Of a stretch of 64,000 nucleotides of DNA, positions 36,177 to 50,225 are shown one piece after another. The position numbers and the translations under genes are program-made. The DNA lies in assembly GCA_044892525.1 (NCBI GenBank), contig CM097887.1, forward strand, positions 120,878,397 to 120,942,396. Reading direction: 5' to 3'. Position 1 is the first letter of the stretch, and each line of letters opens with the position of its first letter. The stretch is from Schmidtea polychroa. Lineage: Eukaryota. The notes beneath the pieces are model-generated. The model ran no database searches. It was not told the origin of the DNA and saw only the letters and a list, made by a program, of their open reading frames with translations.

Positions 36177-37967
36177 TTGGTGGTATTATATATTAAACTA
36201 CATTTATTTTTGGGTTTCTTGATAGTAGCATAAATTAAAATAAACAACCATATATAAATAATTAATTAATTAATAATTAAATATCTTAATATTAATTAGA
36301 CGCAAGACGTCAGAAATTGTTGAATCAATTGAATCGAAATAACTTTTCATTTTTTTCAGGTGTAACGAAAACTTCGTCAGTAATAACAAAAATTCGTAAA
36401 GAATAATCAACCACGACAAATAATCAATAAAATTTTGATTTTTTTCTAAAATAAACAATCTGTTGGACTAAAAACTAAAATAAATTGGTTTTCTTATTTT
36501 GATAGAATTTTCTTGTTTTAATCAGTAAAAAATATCAACAGTGAAAAGTCAAAGATATATTCTGGGCAGTGTCGTTGGAACCTGTTTTGGTCAAGGTGTG
36601 GAGAGACCTTTATGTCTTCCAACCTTATGGGTCAACCAATGTTTCAATCACTCGGTAGATTGGACGTCGATCTGGAGGGGCTCCAGCGAGTCCATCACTG
36701 TTATGATTTTATTGGTTAAGTAGATAGGCATTTTCTATGATAAAGGTGATTAATAACAATAGAATGTTCCAGTGAAACGAAATTTATTGAGTAATAGCGG
36801 TAGAATATTTTAAAATAGTAAAATCCTTTTAAAAATAAAAAGTATTAGATGAAAATAGTGGTTGGGGCGTCAAAAAGGACAACATGATTTCGAGATTTAG
36901 ACACATTTTTCGATAATTGGAATGTCGCTATTTCTTCATAAAATCATGCCGAGGTAGCGAGAGTTAGAGAAAGACTCTTCATTGATTTACCAGCATCAAT
37001 TTCTGAGAGTGAATAACCAAACACGAGCATAAGCTAAATCCACGGTCAACCTGAGTATTGTTGATAGGTAGGACAGAGCATAAAGCCGAGGCCCTAACTG
37101 CCTTAAGCAGCACCAAAGCTGCAGCGGACCTGATTAATGCCATAAATATTAGTCACCCAGAGAGATTTAGAGTAATTGTTTAAATGGTGGTATTACCACC
37201 AATTAAAACTACAAAATTTCGTTAAAACTGCATTTCAAAATGGTAACTATAATAATAATAATTATTATAATAAAAATATTAATTATATTTTAGAACAATA
37301 AATTTAATTTGACCCCACAAAATGACCTTCGATAGACAAAAATTTAAAATAGATAACATATTTCTTTTCATTTTGAAACATTTAAATGCGATTTTTGTTT
37401 TCTTTTGAAAAGCTAAATCTTGCCAAAATAATTAATAAAGAAATTCTCGTTTTGATATAAGAACCCAATTACTTAAACTTAACAATTTTGTAATATTTCC
37501 ATTACTGTTTATAGTTACTTCATACTCGTAAATGAATATGTTGTATCAAACCTAGAAGTCGGTAAAATCGATGGAAAAATATTGATTTTAAAATTTCAAT
37601 CAATGCATAATTAATATACAATTTATTTGCAAAATGCCGCTAGAATTCATTAAACGTGATAAGAATATTAATTTTTTATTAGTTGATAGTTATATATTTA
37701 AACAGGAAAAAATTATAAAAGAAAAGAAACATTGTCTGATTATGATAAATTTAAATATCAAGCTCCTTGTGATACTGATGGTGAAGATATTGTGAAAGTA
37801 TCGTGCTACAAATATCTCTCCGATGCAGTAACAGTTCAAATTATAAAAACGGCGGAGAAAATCAAAACTCAAGCGAAGCCAACAAGAGTCAATACATTAG
37901 ATTTTCACTGCAACACTACGAAATGTAACTACAGCCGCGCACCTTGCACAGTCCACATGTAGAATTT

Positions 37968-38213
37968 TGTATTTTGGGTCCCTACTTATTTGAAGATAAT
38001 GTCACAGTGAACGTCAATTTTGAGCTATATTGCGTGTTGTTGGACACTTTTCTTCGACCAAAATTGGATGAAATTGACGTCAAAAATAATGTTTAGTTCC
38101 AACAGAATGATGAAGCAGCCCACGCATCTAGACGTTCAATGGAAATTTTGAAAGAAATCTTCACCGGTTATTTACTTTCATTCCAAGGTAACCTCCGTTG
38201 ACCTGCTCGATCA
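37968..38213 (+). pseudogene. Tc1/mariner DDE/D transposase fragment
   Basis: GPYLFEDNVTVN..FQQNDEAAHAS..*PARS, a degenerate FQQDGAPAH and WPARSPDL. Confidence 0.75.
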
Positions 38214-38416
38214 GGTTTTTACCGAAGAATAAAACTATCTAGAATGAAATGTATGATTCATGGTTAATTAAATTTGTTCGGCAATAGTTCTATTATAAAT
38301 GATATATTAGAATTTTCAAAATTTCAAAACATTATAAAATATTTAATTTGTATGAAATTCAAAATTGTTAAAATCCCATATTAATATTGACCGTATTTCC
38401 AGTATTCGTACTGAAA

Positions 38417-38830
38417 ATGGAGTTTTCTAGAGAGGATATTCGAAAAATCATTTATTACAACTGGAAGAAAGGACTAGCAACTGACAAAATTATTAAAGAA
38501 ATCATTAAAAAAGAAATCAACTGCACACTCGGTGAAAGCACGGTTTGCCTCAAAACATGTTCTACTGGGTACTGGGATGAATGTTCTGACTATCACTGTC
38601 AAATATTACTGCAAACTATTGGGAAAACTGAATATAGTTGTTTTTGAAAAACCTCGAATACGAATATTTGATGGCAACCTTCAGCACAATAATGTGAAGC
38701 CCTATACGCATATAATCACGTAGAAGAAGGTTAAACAGCTTCGTTTGGACGTCCTTCAATGAAGGCATCAATAAGCTACCGAGAAGATAGCAAGAATGCA
38801 TTAATCACATTGGTGAATATTTTGAAAACT
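38417..38830 (+). pseudogene. Internally deleted mariner (Mos1/SETMAR-like) transposase
   Basis: MEFSREDIRKIIYYNWKKG HTH start, HNNVKPYT (cf. HDNARPH), KLPRR*QECINHIGEYFE end. Confidence 0.7.
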
Positions 38831-40225
38831 TATGTGTAGTTGAAGATTAGACAACTTATTGTTATTGAAATTTCGACAGAAACTTTTTAACTAAAATACT
38901 AAAAATAGATTACATGTATTTTTATTTAGTTTAAGTACTGATAAAAAATTAAGTAGAAGGGCAGAACAACTTATCGCACAATTACTGGCAAATTAGAACA
39001 TATTTCATCTTTCTCGTTTGGATATATAATTGAAAATTTTTATCGGAACTAATTGAAATTTGTCTATTTATAGATTTGGATCGCATTTATAGAAATTTAA
39101 CTATTTTCATTGAATACATTTGATCTTTAGTATCTGTAATATTTTTCTTAATGTCCTACTTGTAGTATCTATTCGATTTTTAATTATATAATTTTTCATA
39201 TCACCTATACCGGATTTTCAACATCTCTTAGAAACAGCTTTGGTACTTTGTAATACCTTTAGTGCGGTTTGACATAAACAATCACTTTTTTCAGAAAAAA
39301 GCAGTTAGTACACAAGTTATCAAAATTTAGCGCGCTTTTAACTACTTTTGTACTATTAATTTTACAAACCATTGCTTCGAAATCTGACTCAAAATAATAC
39401 TTCCAGAAAGAAAAGTATAGAAACCCAAATTTTTCAAAAATAATATCAGAGAGACGTTTTTTAGTACAAAATCATTTACATTTTTCAAATAACGAAGAAT
39501 GTAACAAAGTATTTCAGATAAATTATATAAAATTCATGTGGTTTTGAATTATTAACAAAAGAATTTATAGCTGTTTATAAAATAGAAAAGCATGTTTCTG
39601 TTGGAGGAGTCACTAAACTTTCATTGAAACAACATATTTCCATATTTCCGATCACTTCTTAACATAGATTTCGGCATTGAAAAACGTCTCTCTACTGCAA
39701 CAGACGTGCAGGGGCATTTTTTGATATCAGCATAGTCTTTCGGGGAAAGTTAATGATTAGCAAATTATTTTTGGAAAGTCGGAGTTATTTAATCGATCAC
39801 GTATATATTCAGTTATTTCGACTGGATGCTCGAGGAAATCAAGGCTGTTTATTAAACTCCAGTTATATTCGATGCTTGTATTTCCATCCTCGATTTAATC
39901 CAAAAATTTAACAATATTCGAGTAGCATTGGTGTATTAAAATCAAATCTTGGTATATTCTTACCTTAAAATACACTTCCTTCGCCCTTTCATATAAAATT
40001 CCATCATTCTTTACCAGAGTGATTAAATCTCGTACATTGTTGAAATTTTCAAAGTAAAAAAATTGCCGCGTTAAGCCAGCTACTCCACCTTGTAACTATC
40101 ACATCGGGAATATAATGGCCTTCATTAATTTGTCAACGTTTGGAAAGTAGCATTTTATACGAGATGCACAATTAGATGTGCAAAGCAATTTACGTGAAAC
40201 AAATTTTCGAATACTTTTTTTTCAA

Positions 40226-40645
40226 ACCACAGGCATGTCTGCTTGCCTATCGAAATGCAGTTAACGAGCGTACTGGCGAAACACCTTTTTATCTAATGTA
40301 TTTGAGACGAAACATTAGGAGTTTCAACCCCAACTTCTCAATACTTGGACGTTCCGAATAATAAAGTTATAATGCAAGAATGATTACATTCGCGCGGGGT
40401 TAAAAATAAAGTATCGCCAGGAACAATACAAAAACAGCTATGATAAAAAGGCGCATGAGCATGGAATAAAAATCGGAGATTTAGTATATTCGAATAAACC
40501 GGAACCAGTAAAAGGCCTATCTACAAAATTGCAAATACCATTCAAAGGTCCATACACTGTGTGTGATGCTACGACAACTAATTTAAAGTCACGTCTAATA
40601 AATAACAAAAGAGCAGAAACTATTATAGTTCATGCCAATCGGTTT
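40226..40645 (+). pseudogene. Ty3/gypsy integrase C-terminal relic related to element A
   Basis: LLAYRNAVNERTGETPFYLMY; YDKKAHEHGIKIGDLVY..KLQIPFKGPYTV. Confidence 0.75.
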
Positions 40646-41287
40646 TTATTATTTATTCTATATTATTCTTTATTTTTAGATGCGTTCGATTGGTAAAATG
40701 TGACGGAAGACGAATAGCTCCTCAATGTGGACCAAATATTTGGTAAATTTTATTATTTTTTTGGTTTATAAAATTTATTTTTCATTTTAGAAAATGATCC
40801 AATTAATATTAGCGACGACGATGATGTCGTATTTATTGGGCAAACCAATGCCTCTGTTTTGAATAAAACAAGTAAATTTTATTTTATTTTAGTTTGTTTT
40901 TTAAAAAACATTTTAGTTCAAAATGTTGACTTGGACGAGGAATTTGATGCCCAACTTACGAAATTAATGCTCCAACTGCTGGAATTAATAATGAAATGGA
41001 TGCCCCAACTCGGGATGCCCTCTCTGAGGATGAAACACGTTCCGACATGGAATCTCAATGTTAGTTTTTATATATTGATTTTTAAAACTAAACATTTTCT
41101 TAACAACGTAATATATTCTTTAAAACTTATAAATTTCTAAAAAATGATGAAAATGCAAATATTATAAAAAATATTATGCAAATGTTTAAAATAATATACT
41201 AATGAAATTAATAAGTTTTTAAGAAAATAATATAAATTGACCAATGTAGTGTAAAACTATAGCTATCTTTATAATAATATTGATAAT

Positions 41288-41352
<65 letters not shown>

Positions 41353-41392
41353 TGATAATAATAATAATTATATTGATAATCTCTCTATAAAT

Positions 41393-41953
41393 AAAAAAGC
41401 TAATGGTCCCCTCCATCCGGATTTTACTTTCTTTTTTTTATTATCTTTTTAACTTTTCATTATTGTTTTTATTCTTTTGTAGTTATCGTTCTATATTACT
41501 TTGAACTGGTTTATGTTATTATCTTTTATCATAGTTATGTAAACATATTAATTCATTATCTCTCTATATATAAAAAAGCTAAGGATACCCACCATCCGAA
41601 TTTTACTTTTTTTATTATTTTTATTCTTTTGAATTTATCGTTCTATATTATTTTGAAATGGTTTATTTTATTATCTTTTATCATAGTTATGTAAACATAT
41701 TAATTCATTATCTCTTTATATATAAAAAAGCTAAAGATACCCACCATCCGAATTTTAATTTTTTTTATTATTTTTATTCTTTTGAATTTATCGTTCTATA
41801 TTACTTTGAAATGGTTTATGCTATTATCTTTTATCATAGTTATGTAAACATATTAATAAACTGAATCTTAGTCCTGTCCACGAATATCATTATCATTAAC
41901 CCCGTGTTCTAACAGGGTTGGTGAAGCGAAGCGAACAGGGGCAGAGCCCCTGG
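41393..41953 (+). mobile_element. Non-autonomous Helitron-like repeat with about 150-bp internal tandem units
   Basis: Three units starting ATAAAAAAGCTAA; 3' hairpin AGGGG-CAGAG-CCCCT (41937-41951) ending CTGG|T (CTRR). An inverted copy lies at 47362-47617. Confidence 0.55.
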
Positions 41954-41959
41954 TAATAC

Positions 41960-42035
<76 letters not shown>
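41960..42035. repeat. (AAT)n microsatellite (others at about 41290-41370 and 46990-47065)
   Basis: Direct reading. Confidence 0.97.
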
Positions 42036-42037
<2 letters not shown>

Positions 42038-42597
42038 TTGGGCTGAATTGAAATAAAAAATAAGAAAATAACATTAAGAAATAGTACAAACATGATAAAC
42101 AAATCAGGAAAAATAAATGTGATGAACTGTTTTTGCTTGTAGTATCTATGTTCTTCTTGTATATTGGCAATTAAATAAACAATTTTTGTTTAAATCCTTG
42201 GGTTTTGTTTTGTGTAATGTTATTTTTTTTTATTTTTCTCTACCACCGGAAAGGAATAATTTTGTTGGCTGAAATCTTCGAATAGTATATGACGGATACC
42301 GAACTCAGGAAACGATGGAGTATCGAGTATAGAGAAGTAGTGAGACGTAAGAGATTCTATCGGTAGTCAGGGAAAGGAAAGTCGAGGCTTCAGGAAAGAG
42401 TAGTCCTAAGGCAGGGGCTCACCTGTTTTCTGGTGTCTCGCCGGCATAATACAGTACCAACATGAAGCAGTTCATGGGTATTATGTTGGAATATAGATCG
42501 TGTGGAGTCCTACTCGAGGTTGACGGAAAAGGGAAAACGTGAGTGTAACAGACCATCATCCTCTAGACGGGACTTAAAAGTCGTTTCAGTCAACCGG
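42036..42597 (+). repeat. Truncated LTR of the TGTTGGGCTGA family
   Basis: TGTTGGGCTGAA start; shares GAGTAGTCCTAAGGYAGGGGCTCACCTG and flanks with 12735-12990. Confidence 0.65.
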
Positions 42598-42761
42598 CAA
42601 TAATAATAATAATAATAAAACTTTGTATTAAATTTTATAAAACTATGTAATAATAATAAACCTTTATTTTATTTTATTTTACAATAAAAAATTAAAACCA
42701 GCTTTTTTTATAAGTATTTAGTTTTATATATTTTAGCTTTTATATATATTTTAGTTTTTAT

Positions 42762-42895
42762 NNNNNNNNNNNNNNNNNNNNNNNNNNNNNNNNNNNNNNN
42801 NNNNNNNNNNNNNNNNNNNNNNNNNNNNNNNNNNNNNNNNNNNNNNNNNNNNNNNNNNNNNNNNNNNNNNNNNNNNNNNNNNNNNNNNNNNNNNN
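42762..42895. other. Assembly gap (N run)
   Basis: Ns. Confidence 1.
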
Positions 42896-42899
42896 TAAT

Positions 42900-43450
42900 A
42901 TATATATCGAAAAGTCTTGCATTAGGCTTTAAAATGAACCATCGTTCAGTAAATTCCGTAGGCGGGAACTTTGAAAATTTAAATTTTAAAAATATGACCT
43001 TGAAAATAATATTTTGAAAAATAATAAAATAGTAAGATGACCTTGAAAATGGTCTTGGGAAAATGTTAAAATCTTTACCAATAATAATGATAATAAGGAT
43101 GTCTATAGCTCATTCGAAAAGTCTTGCACCAAGCTTTAAAATGAGCCATCAATCAATGAAATATAATGATAGGAATAATAACTTTTGGCATGCTAAATAG
43201 TAGGTCAACGCTAGACCACTTAATAATATTTTTGAAAAATAATAAAATAATATTTTTAAAAACAATAATATGACCTTGAAAAAATATATATTTAAAAATA
43301 ATAATATGACCTTGAAAATGACCCTGGATGACTCATATGGCCTTGCAAATGGCCTTGAATGAGTCATGGCATTAAAAAATAGCATTAAAATACCCTGAAA
43401 ATTTTTTTGACCTTGATGAGTCATGGCCTTTGTTTAAAATTTGACCTTGA
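42900..43450. repeat. Low-complexity repeat built from ATGACCTTGAAAA and TCGAAAAGTCTTGCA modules (HINE/DINE-like)
   Basis: Modules recur several times; the family assignment is inference. Confidence 0.4.
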
Positions 43451-43767
43451 AAATTTTTTTATATTTTTATAACCTGGACGAGGGTGGTTTAGCGGTGCCC
43501 AATCCATTATTATTATTATAAGTATTAATATTATTATTATAATTATTATTGATATTATTATTATCATCATTATAAGAATTAATATAATAATTATTATTAT
43601 TACTATTATTATTAATATTAATATTGTTATTACTATTGGTATATCAAATTATAAAAAAAATCTATTTAAAAAATCAAAAAAATAAATAAATATACTTACA
43701 TTGCCACTTTTAGTTGGACAGATATGTGGGAAAATTACTTAATAATATCAAAATCAATCTTATACAT

Positions 43768-46026
43768 CAGGGGTGCCCACTAATTTTTCTAGGAGAGCTA
43801 CATTCACATCCAAAATGTGTATGCGATCTACTTTTTTAATACTTACATAATATTTACCTACAATGCAATAAATTCATCATAATAAAACAAATATATGTCA
43901 AAATATGGAAAATTAAACTATATAACTATTTATTATAAAAAAATGTAACTTAGGAAATCAAATTTAATGAAAATTATTTTTATATAGAACTTTTCGATGT
44001 TGATGCTCTACATTGGGTTGAATCCACAAGATTTTTGTAGTTTGGGATATAAGTGCTAAGACAACTTCTTAGGCTGGATTCCAAATGGTCATCTGTTAAT
44101 GTTGCTCGGTACTTTGACTTTATAATTTTAATATGTGAAAATGCAGACTCACATAAATAAGTTGAACCAAAAAATGATACTAAATTTTCGAAGCATTTTT
44201 TCAAGTTTGAATATTTATCCTCGGATAGATATTTCCATACATTTGGTTCGGAAGATCTTGATTTAATGAAGATATCATTTTGAAGTGTGATTATTTCCAT
44301 TTCAAGTATAGGGATATCCATTTTAAACAAAGTTGAAATTGAATCTGCAACAATTTCTGGTTTTATTTTTGGATTAAACGGAAAGGACATAAATGCAGCC
44401 ACAATTTCAAGTTTCTTGAAGTCTTGAAAACGTCTCTCGAACTCTAAAACCAAAATTTTGATCTGTTCCGCATATCTCGTAATATTAAAGTTGACATTTT
44501 CAGATTCTTTTAATTGTGACAACATATTTGGAAAATAACTTAAATTTTTGTCTTCTATTTTGGTAATAAGTAAATGAAGCTTTTGTATAAATGCATTGAT
44601 TGAACTTATCATATCGAATATCAATTTATCCTTAACTTGTAAGTCGAGATTTAATTCATTCAGAATTGCAGTAATATCTACTAAAAATGCCAAATCCAAG
44701 AGCCAAACATCATCTTCCAATTGCTTGAACTCATCACCTCTTGCGGCAAGGAACAACTTAATCTCAGAAAGCAAATCTCTAAATCTTTGTAAGAATTTTC
44801 CTCTACTTAGCTACCTTACATCTGAATGCATCAGTAATTCAGCAGGACCTTCGCTATTACTTTCTTCAATTTGTAATTTGAAAAGTCGTCTCTGAAGACT
44901 TCTTGCACGAATCGAGTTAGCAATTTTGAATGTTATTTCCATAATATCTCTCATATTCAGAATGTTAGCACGCAAGGCTTGTTGATGAATAATACCGTGG
45001 TAGGAAAGAAAATCTGGGAATTCACAATCATTCCTACAATATGCTATAAATCCGTTGTGACGCCCTGTCATAGCTGGTGCGCCATCTGTTGTTATTGATA
45101 CAAGCTTACAAATTTGGAGCTGAATGCTGTTGGCATAAGCTTTAAAATTCTGAAATATATCCTCACCTCGAGTTTTACTTTTGAGTGGTATAATTGTTAA
45201 TAATTCTTCCTTCGTAGAAAAATCTTTAAAGACCATTCGAATAAAAATTATAAGCTGCGAAATATCAGCCGCATCAGTTGATTTGTCTGCTTGCAATGAA
45301 AATGCGGTACAATTTCCTATGTCTAACATTAACTGATTTTTTAAATTGGTACTTATTTCTTGGACTCTCCGTGTAACTGTATTACGGGACAATTGCATAT
45401 CAGTAATAGCAGAAATTATATCTGATTTATTTTTAAAATCACAAAATAATGATTCTGCCGCTTCTAAAAATGCTTCTTTTACAATTACTCCATCACTAAA
45501 AGATTTCTTATTTTTTGCCAGAATGTAGCTTACTCGGAAAGATGCAGCTGTAGCTGACTTTGATTTGGATGTTAGCTTCGTAAAAAATGACTGTTGAAAA
45601 GAAATGCATGTTTTCAGTTCCATGATTTTAGACTTACGTAGTTCACTGTCAAGTGGATAATCAACTACAAAATTCTTATGAATTGTCTTGAAATGCCTTT
45701 CCAAATTCCCTCTTTTTGGTAATGAAATAGTAGCTTTACAAATTAAGCAACAACATTTACCTTTAATCATTACAAAAAAGTACTCCTTCTCCATTTCTTC
45801 GCTATAATGATAAGTCTTGGCTTTTTTATTTAGCATTTTTAAACAAAATTAATTTAACAAAAAAGCTTAAGAAAATTTTTCACTTTGTTACACAAAAATT
45901 TAAGCATAAAACAGAAATTTTATATAAAATCTAAATTTATATAAAAAATATTTTTTTTATGAAGATCTACTAAAAAATCCTTCGCGATCTACCGGTAGAT
46001 CGCGATCGACCTTATGGGCACCCCTG
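43768..46026 (-). mobile_element. Full-length hAT (SPIN/GTF2IRD2-like) DNA transposon
   Basis: TIRs CAGGGGTGCCCA and TGGGCACCCCTG; perfect 8-bp TSD TTATACAT (43760-43767, 46027-46034). Confidence 0.95.
43980..45836 (-). pseudogene. hAT transposase with one in-frame premature stop (HSDVR*LSRG, W to TAG)
   Basis: The two track ORFs are in frame; motifs CCLIC..LERH, SLQADKSTD, TTDGAPAM, STYLCESAFS. Confidence 0.93.
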
Positions 46027-47001
46027 TTATACATCAATCTTCAAACCTACTTGTGGAATATATCGTTTTGGTAATTAAATAAATTTTATCTTCTGCCACT
46101 TTTAGTTGACATATTTGTGAGAAAATTACTTAATAATATCAAAATCAATCTTGAATTTAAATGCAAAAAAATTATTCCTTTTAATATTAATCAATATTTG
46201 AAATCTTCTAATAGATAAATATTCACAGTGACAGCAACCATTGAAGTGCTACTCATTTATCTGTTAAGATCACAAAAACAACATTTTTATTATTTACTCA
46301 AAGTTAATATGGGCTCCAAAGTTCAGTCGACATCAGCTTTTGATAAATCCAGGAATAAATTATTAATGAAATCTGATTTATAAGCCACATTATCCGCCAT
46401 ATTTATGTGTGAATGAAGTAATCTGTCATATAGCAGCGAGCTGGTGCATTGATAAATTTTCTCCTACTCTTTCTATTACTTTCTGTTTTCTCTTGTTATT
46501 AACAGTTTTCCCAGAATTTATTCCACAGACATACACACCGAGACAGCACACACAGACACAGAAACACACCTAAGCACATCGACATGTACATGCTATGGAA
46601 TGCACACATACGTGATCCTCGACTAAAATCAGAATTAGTGCGGTATGTGCTTTTAATGTTAGCATCCAGTGATGCTGCCGTGTGACTGGGTGTATCGCAA
46701 TTGATAGGCGATATACACATGCTGGTCAGGCAATTTTGCTATTTCTGATGGCACAAAGATGACAAAGTGCCACAATTTCAAAATGGCACCAAGTTCCGAT
46801 CGCATAAATTTTATCTGGACATATATCCAGATAAGGGAAAATGATAAAGGCACAAAAGTGCCGCAATTCTAATTGGAACCAAATGTTATAGCTGATAAAA
46901 TTTAAATAATGTAAATAATTTTAATCACATTGATGTTGGTATAAAATTATTATTATTGATATTGATATTATTAATTAGTAATATTATTATTATTATTGCT
47001 A

Positions 47002-47062
<61 letters not shown>

Positions 47063-47098
47063 CATTATAAATTTTAGTATAAGGATTATTATTAATAT

Positions 47099-47361
47099 NN
47101 NNNNNNNNNNNNNNNNNNNNNNNNNNNNNNNNNNNNNNNNNNNNNNNNNNNNNNNNNNNNNNNNNNNNNNNNNNNNNNNNNNNNNNNNNNNNNNNNNNNN
47201 NNNNNNNNNNNNNNNNNNNNNNNNNNNNNNNNNNNNNNNNNNNNNNNNNNNNNNNNNNNNNNNNNNNNNNNNNNNNNNNNNNNNNNNNNNNNNNNNNNNN
47301 NNNNNNNNNNNNNNNNNNNNNNNNNNNNNNNNNNNNNNNNNNNNNNNNNNNNNNNNNNNNN
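47099..47361. other. Assembly gap (N run)
   Basis: Ns. Confidence 1.
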
Positions 47362-47617
47362 NCCCTGTTCGCTTCGCTTCACCAACCCTGTTAGAACACG
47401 GGGTTAATGATAATGATATTCGTGGACAGGACTAAGATTCAGTTTATTAATATGTTTACATAACTATGATAAAAGATAATAGCATAAACCATTTCAAAGT
47501 AATATAAAACAATAAATTCAAAAGAATAAAAACAATTAAAAAAAATTTTAAAAAAATAATAAAAAAAAGTAAAATTCGGATGGTGGGTATCCTTAGTTTT
47601 TTATATATAGAGAGATT
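47362..47617 (-). mobile_element. Second, inverted copy of the Helitron-like repeat at 41393-41953
   Basis: Near-identical reverse complement (CCCTGTTCGCTTCGCTTCACCAACCCTG..); both give the PVRFASPTLLEHGVNDNDIRGQD shadow ORF. Confidence 0.8.
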
Positions 47618-47959
47618 ATAAAATAATAATTTCTTGGTAGCACCATCAAGAACTATCTTATAGTCGAAATTTTTTCATTAAATACATTATTTGCAGCAAA
47701 AGGCTTAAATTATCATTTTATTATTGTTATTATTGTTATGGTTCTATTATCCTTATTATCATCATTATTACTATCACAAGATTTAGTAGGAGTATGAGTA
47801 TTGGTATTGTTAGGAGTGTTAGTATCAATATTTATTTAGTACAGTCAACAAAACACAGGATATTTTATGAGTTAAAATTACAAGGGAATTAATACAATGT
47901 ACATTACAATAGACTCCAACAACTATAGGATGGAATAATTAGTTATTTTTGGGTTTTAA

Positions 47960-48997
47960 CCATTTAACAGTTTTGCACGAGCGTGACTCGGGCATTGATT
48001 TGGTTGACATAGTGACATACCCGAGCCTCGTTCGGGCAAATTCTGTTTTGACTTGTAGAGAGTGATTTTCAAGAACCGTGCTATTTCATGGGTGCTAGTG
48101 AATTAAAACACGAATGTTCTAGCTGCGCTTTGAGTCGTGGGAGTGGGTGAAATGATTTCGCGTGCGCTGTTTGGCTGTTTACAGACACGAATTTAGTCGT
48201 TCACATTTCGCAAGTTTATAACGTGGTGTCTAACGCTTATATGTATATTATAACTATTTGATCCACTGTTATACAATTTTTGTTCACATTTCAGACGTAA
48301 GTAAAATATGTAGTATATATACTTATTATTATACTCATTTTTATTTTATCTTTGATTTAGCCCATAATGTCTGAAGCAGATTATGAAACTGATGAAGAAC
48401 TGTTGATAAGCGAATCATACTATGACAGTGAATCAGAATCATCTGATTCTTATGATTCTGTTTCAGAAAACGAAGATGTCGGTTCATTCAGAGAAATTTT
48501 TGAAATAAATATTGAAAATTCATCTCTGCCTCCGCCAAGGTTTCTGTATAACGATACAGCTGGTGTAAACTTGCAATTTGATGATGATAGTGAGGAGACA
48601 AATTTACGCTACTTCGAATATTTTTGGAATACAGAAATCCTGGACTTGATTACAACTGAGACTAACCGGTATGCAGGCCAATGCAGCAGTGGGATTTTGC
48701 GAAGATTTTCGCGTTTGAAGAAATGGACATAGACAGATAATGGAGAAATTATGGTTTCTATGCTCTTCAAATTCTACAAGGTATTATAAATAAGCCGAAA
48801 ACCGAATGGTACTGGTCTAAGAAGGATATGATTGAAACACCATTCTTCGCAAAAGTTATGTCCTACAAGCGTTTTGTCTTATTGAAGCGTTGTATTCATT
48901 TTACAGATAATTCAACATATAATCCTGGAGCGCACCCAAGCACCAAATTAAATAAGTTATGGTCTATCATTGAACATCTAAATAAAAAAATTTCTTC
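47960..48997 (+). mobile_element. 5' part of a piggyBac (PGBD4-like) element; transposase relic 48367-48997, truncated by an LTR
   Basis: TTAA|CCATTTAACAG start; acidic N-terminus, YFEYFWNTEILDLITTETNRYA, YWSKKDMIETPFFAKVMSYKRF..CIHFTDN..KLWSIIEHLN. Confidence 0.82.
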
Positions 48998-50225
48998 TGC
49001 GATGCCGTCTGGGTTTCGATCATGATGTCTTTCGTCATTTAATTGTTCCTTCTGCATATTTTCCGTCAGGACATAACGTACTTTCTTCTATGACATCTTT
49101 CGTGTCTTGACGTCATTCCGGCAAGAGATTCGACCCTCTCCATACTTGAAGCTTGACGTCATTAAATCATCATTTCCATGCCACGAGACGATAATTGTTA
49201 TCTGCCGGTTTTGGCTCATATTTCATTCATGTCTTGAATTCATTATCAGTCATTTTCCGACTCGGCTCAAAGGCCATTTACAGTTCCTTGGAATCATGAT
49301 CGGACAGCATCGTCGCCAGTCCCGTGAAGAAGAAAAAATCGAACTGCTTCATTATCAGAATGTTTTATTAATCAGTATTTTATCCATAAAATGATTATCA
49401 TTATGAATCGAAATATTCAACATACAAAATAATCCAACATCATTACTTGGATCTTTAGAAGTTAATTCAAAGGTTCTGAGACTAGATCGGATGTATGTAT
49501 TCCCAAATCGTTTTCCAATTTATCTGTCGTGAATAGTTTCCTTCGTTGACTATCTTATAACAATGATTGTCCCTGCGTACAATGAGTTTTGTATATTGGT
49601 TGAGATAATATCTGTTCCTGTTAGTGAGCTGTAATCAATTCGGTTGAGTTGAATTTGTATAAAATTTTTTGTGGAGTTGATGTAATAACTTCGCTTTTGT
49701 CTTATATATTATTTTTGGTCCAATCAGGACTGAGCTATGTTGTATTTTGTTCATTTTTTGTTATTTTTTATTTTTAAGTTGTTTTTGTTGTATATTGTTT
49801 TGTTTCCATTTCATTAATTCATTGTTTTATTTATTTCCTATTTTCTACATAATTTTGTGGGTTTTCCGCTATATCCTCTGTGTGCAGTCATTCATCTTCT
49901 CCATTTTTTCTTAATTTGGTTGGTGTTTTATGTGTTCTATGTTTTTATTTAGTTTTTTCCCCTTTTTTCGGCTTAGTTTTCTTTATTAAATTATTTTTCT
50001 TCTTTTTCTATTATTCGTGGTTGGTATTATTTCTTCTACTTACTCCTATTTCTTATGGTATTTATATAGAATAGATTTTCTTTATTTTCTCGCATATTTA
50101 CTTTATTCTATGTTAAATTTATTTTATTTTTGATCTTTTCTCTTTTTTATCCGATTTAGTCTCAGGCTTCACATCTACATCCGACTCAGTCTCAAATCAT
50201 TCGAACCTAGTTATTCAGCCCAACA
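48998..50225 (-). repeat. Solo LTR-like sequence of the TGTTGGGCTGA family
   Basis: Minus strand starts TGTTGGGCTGAA, then an A-rich U3 and CCTGATTGGACC..TATATAAG as at 9574-9609. The left boundary is uncertain and no TSD was found. Confidence 0.6.

Noticed and set aside
37732-37962. 76-aa plus-strand ORF that looks coding
   Set aside because: No recognisable family; adjoins Tc1/mariner debris.
41219-47435. Poly-Ile and poly-Leu ORFs in the track
   Set aside because: Translations of (AAT)n microsatellites and N gaps.
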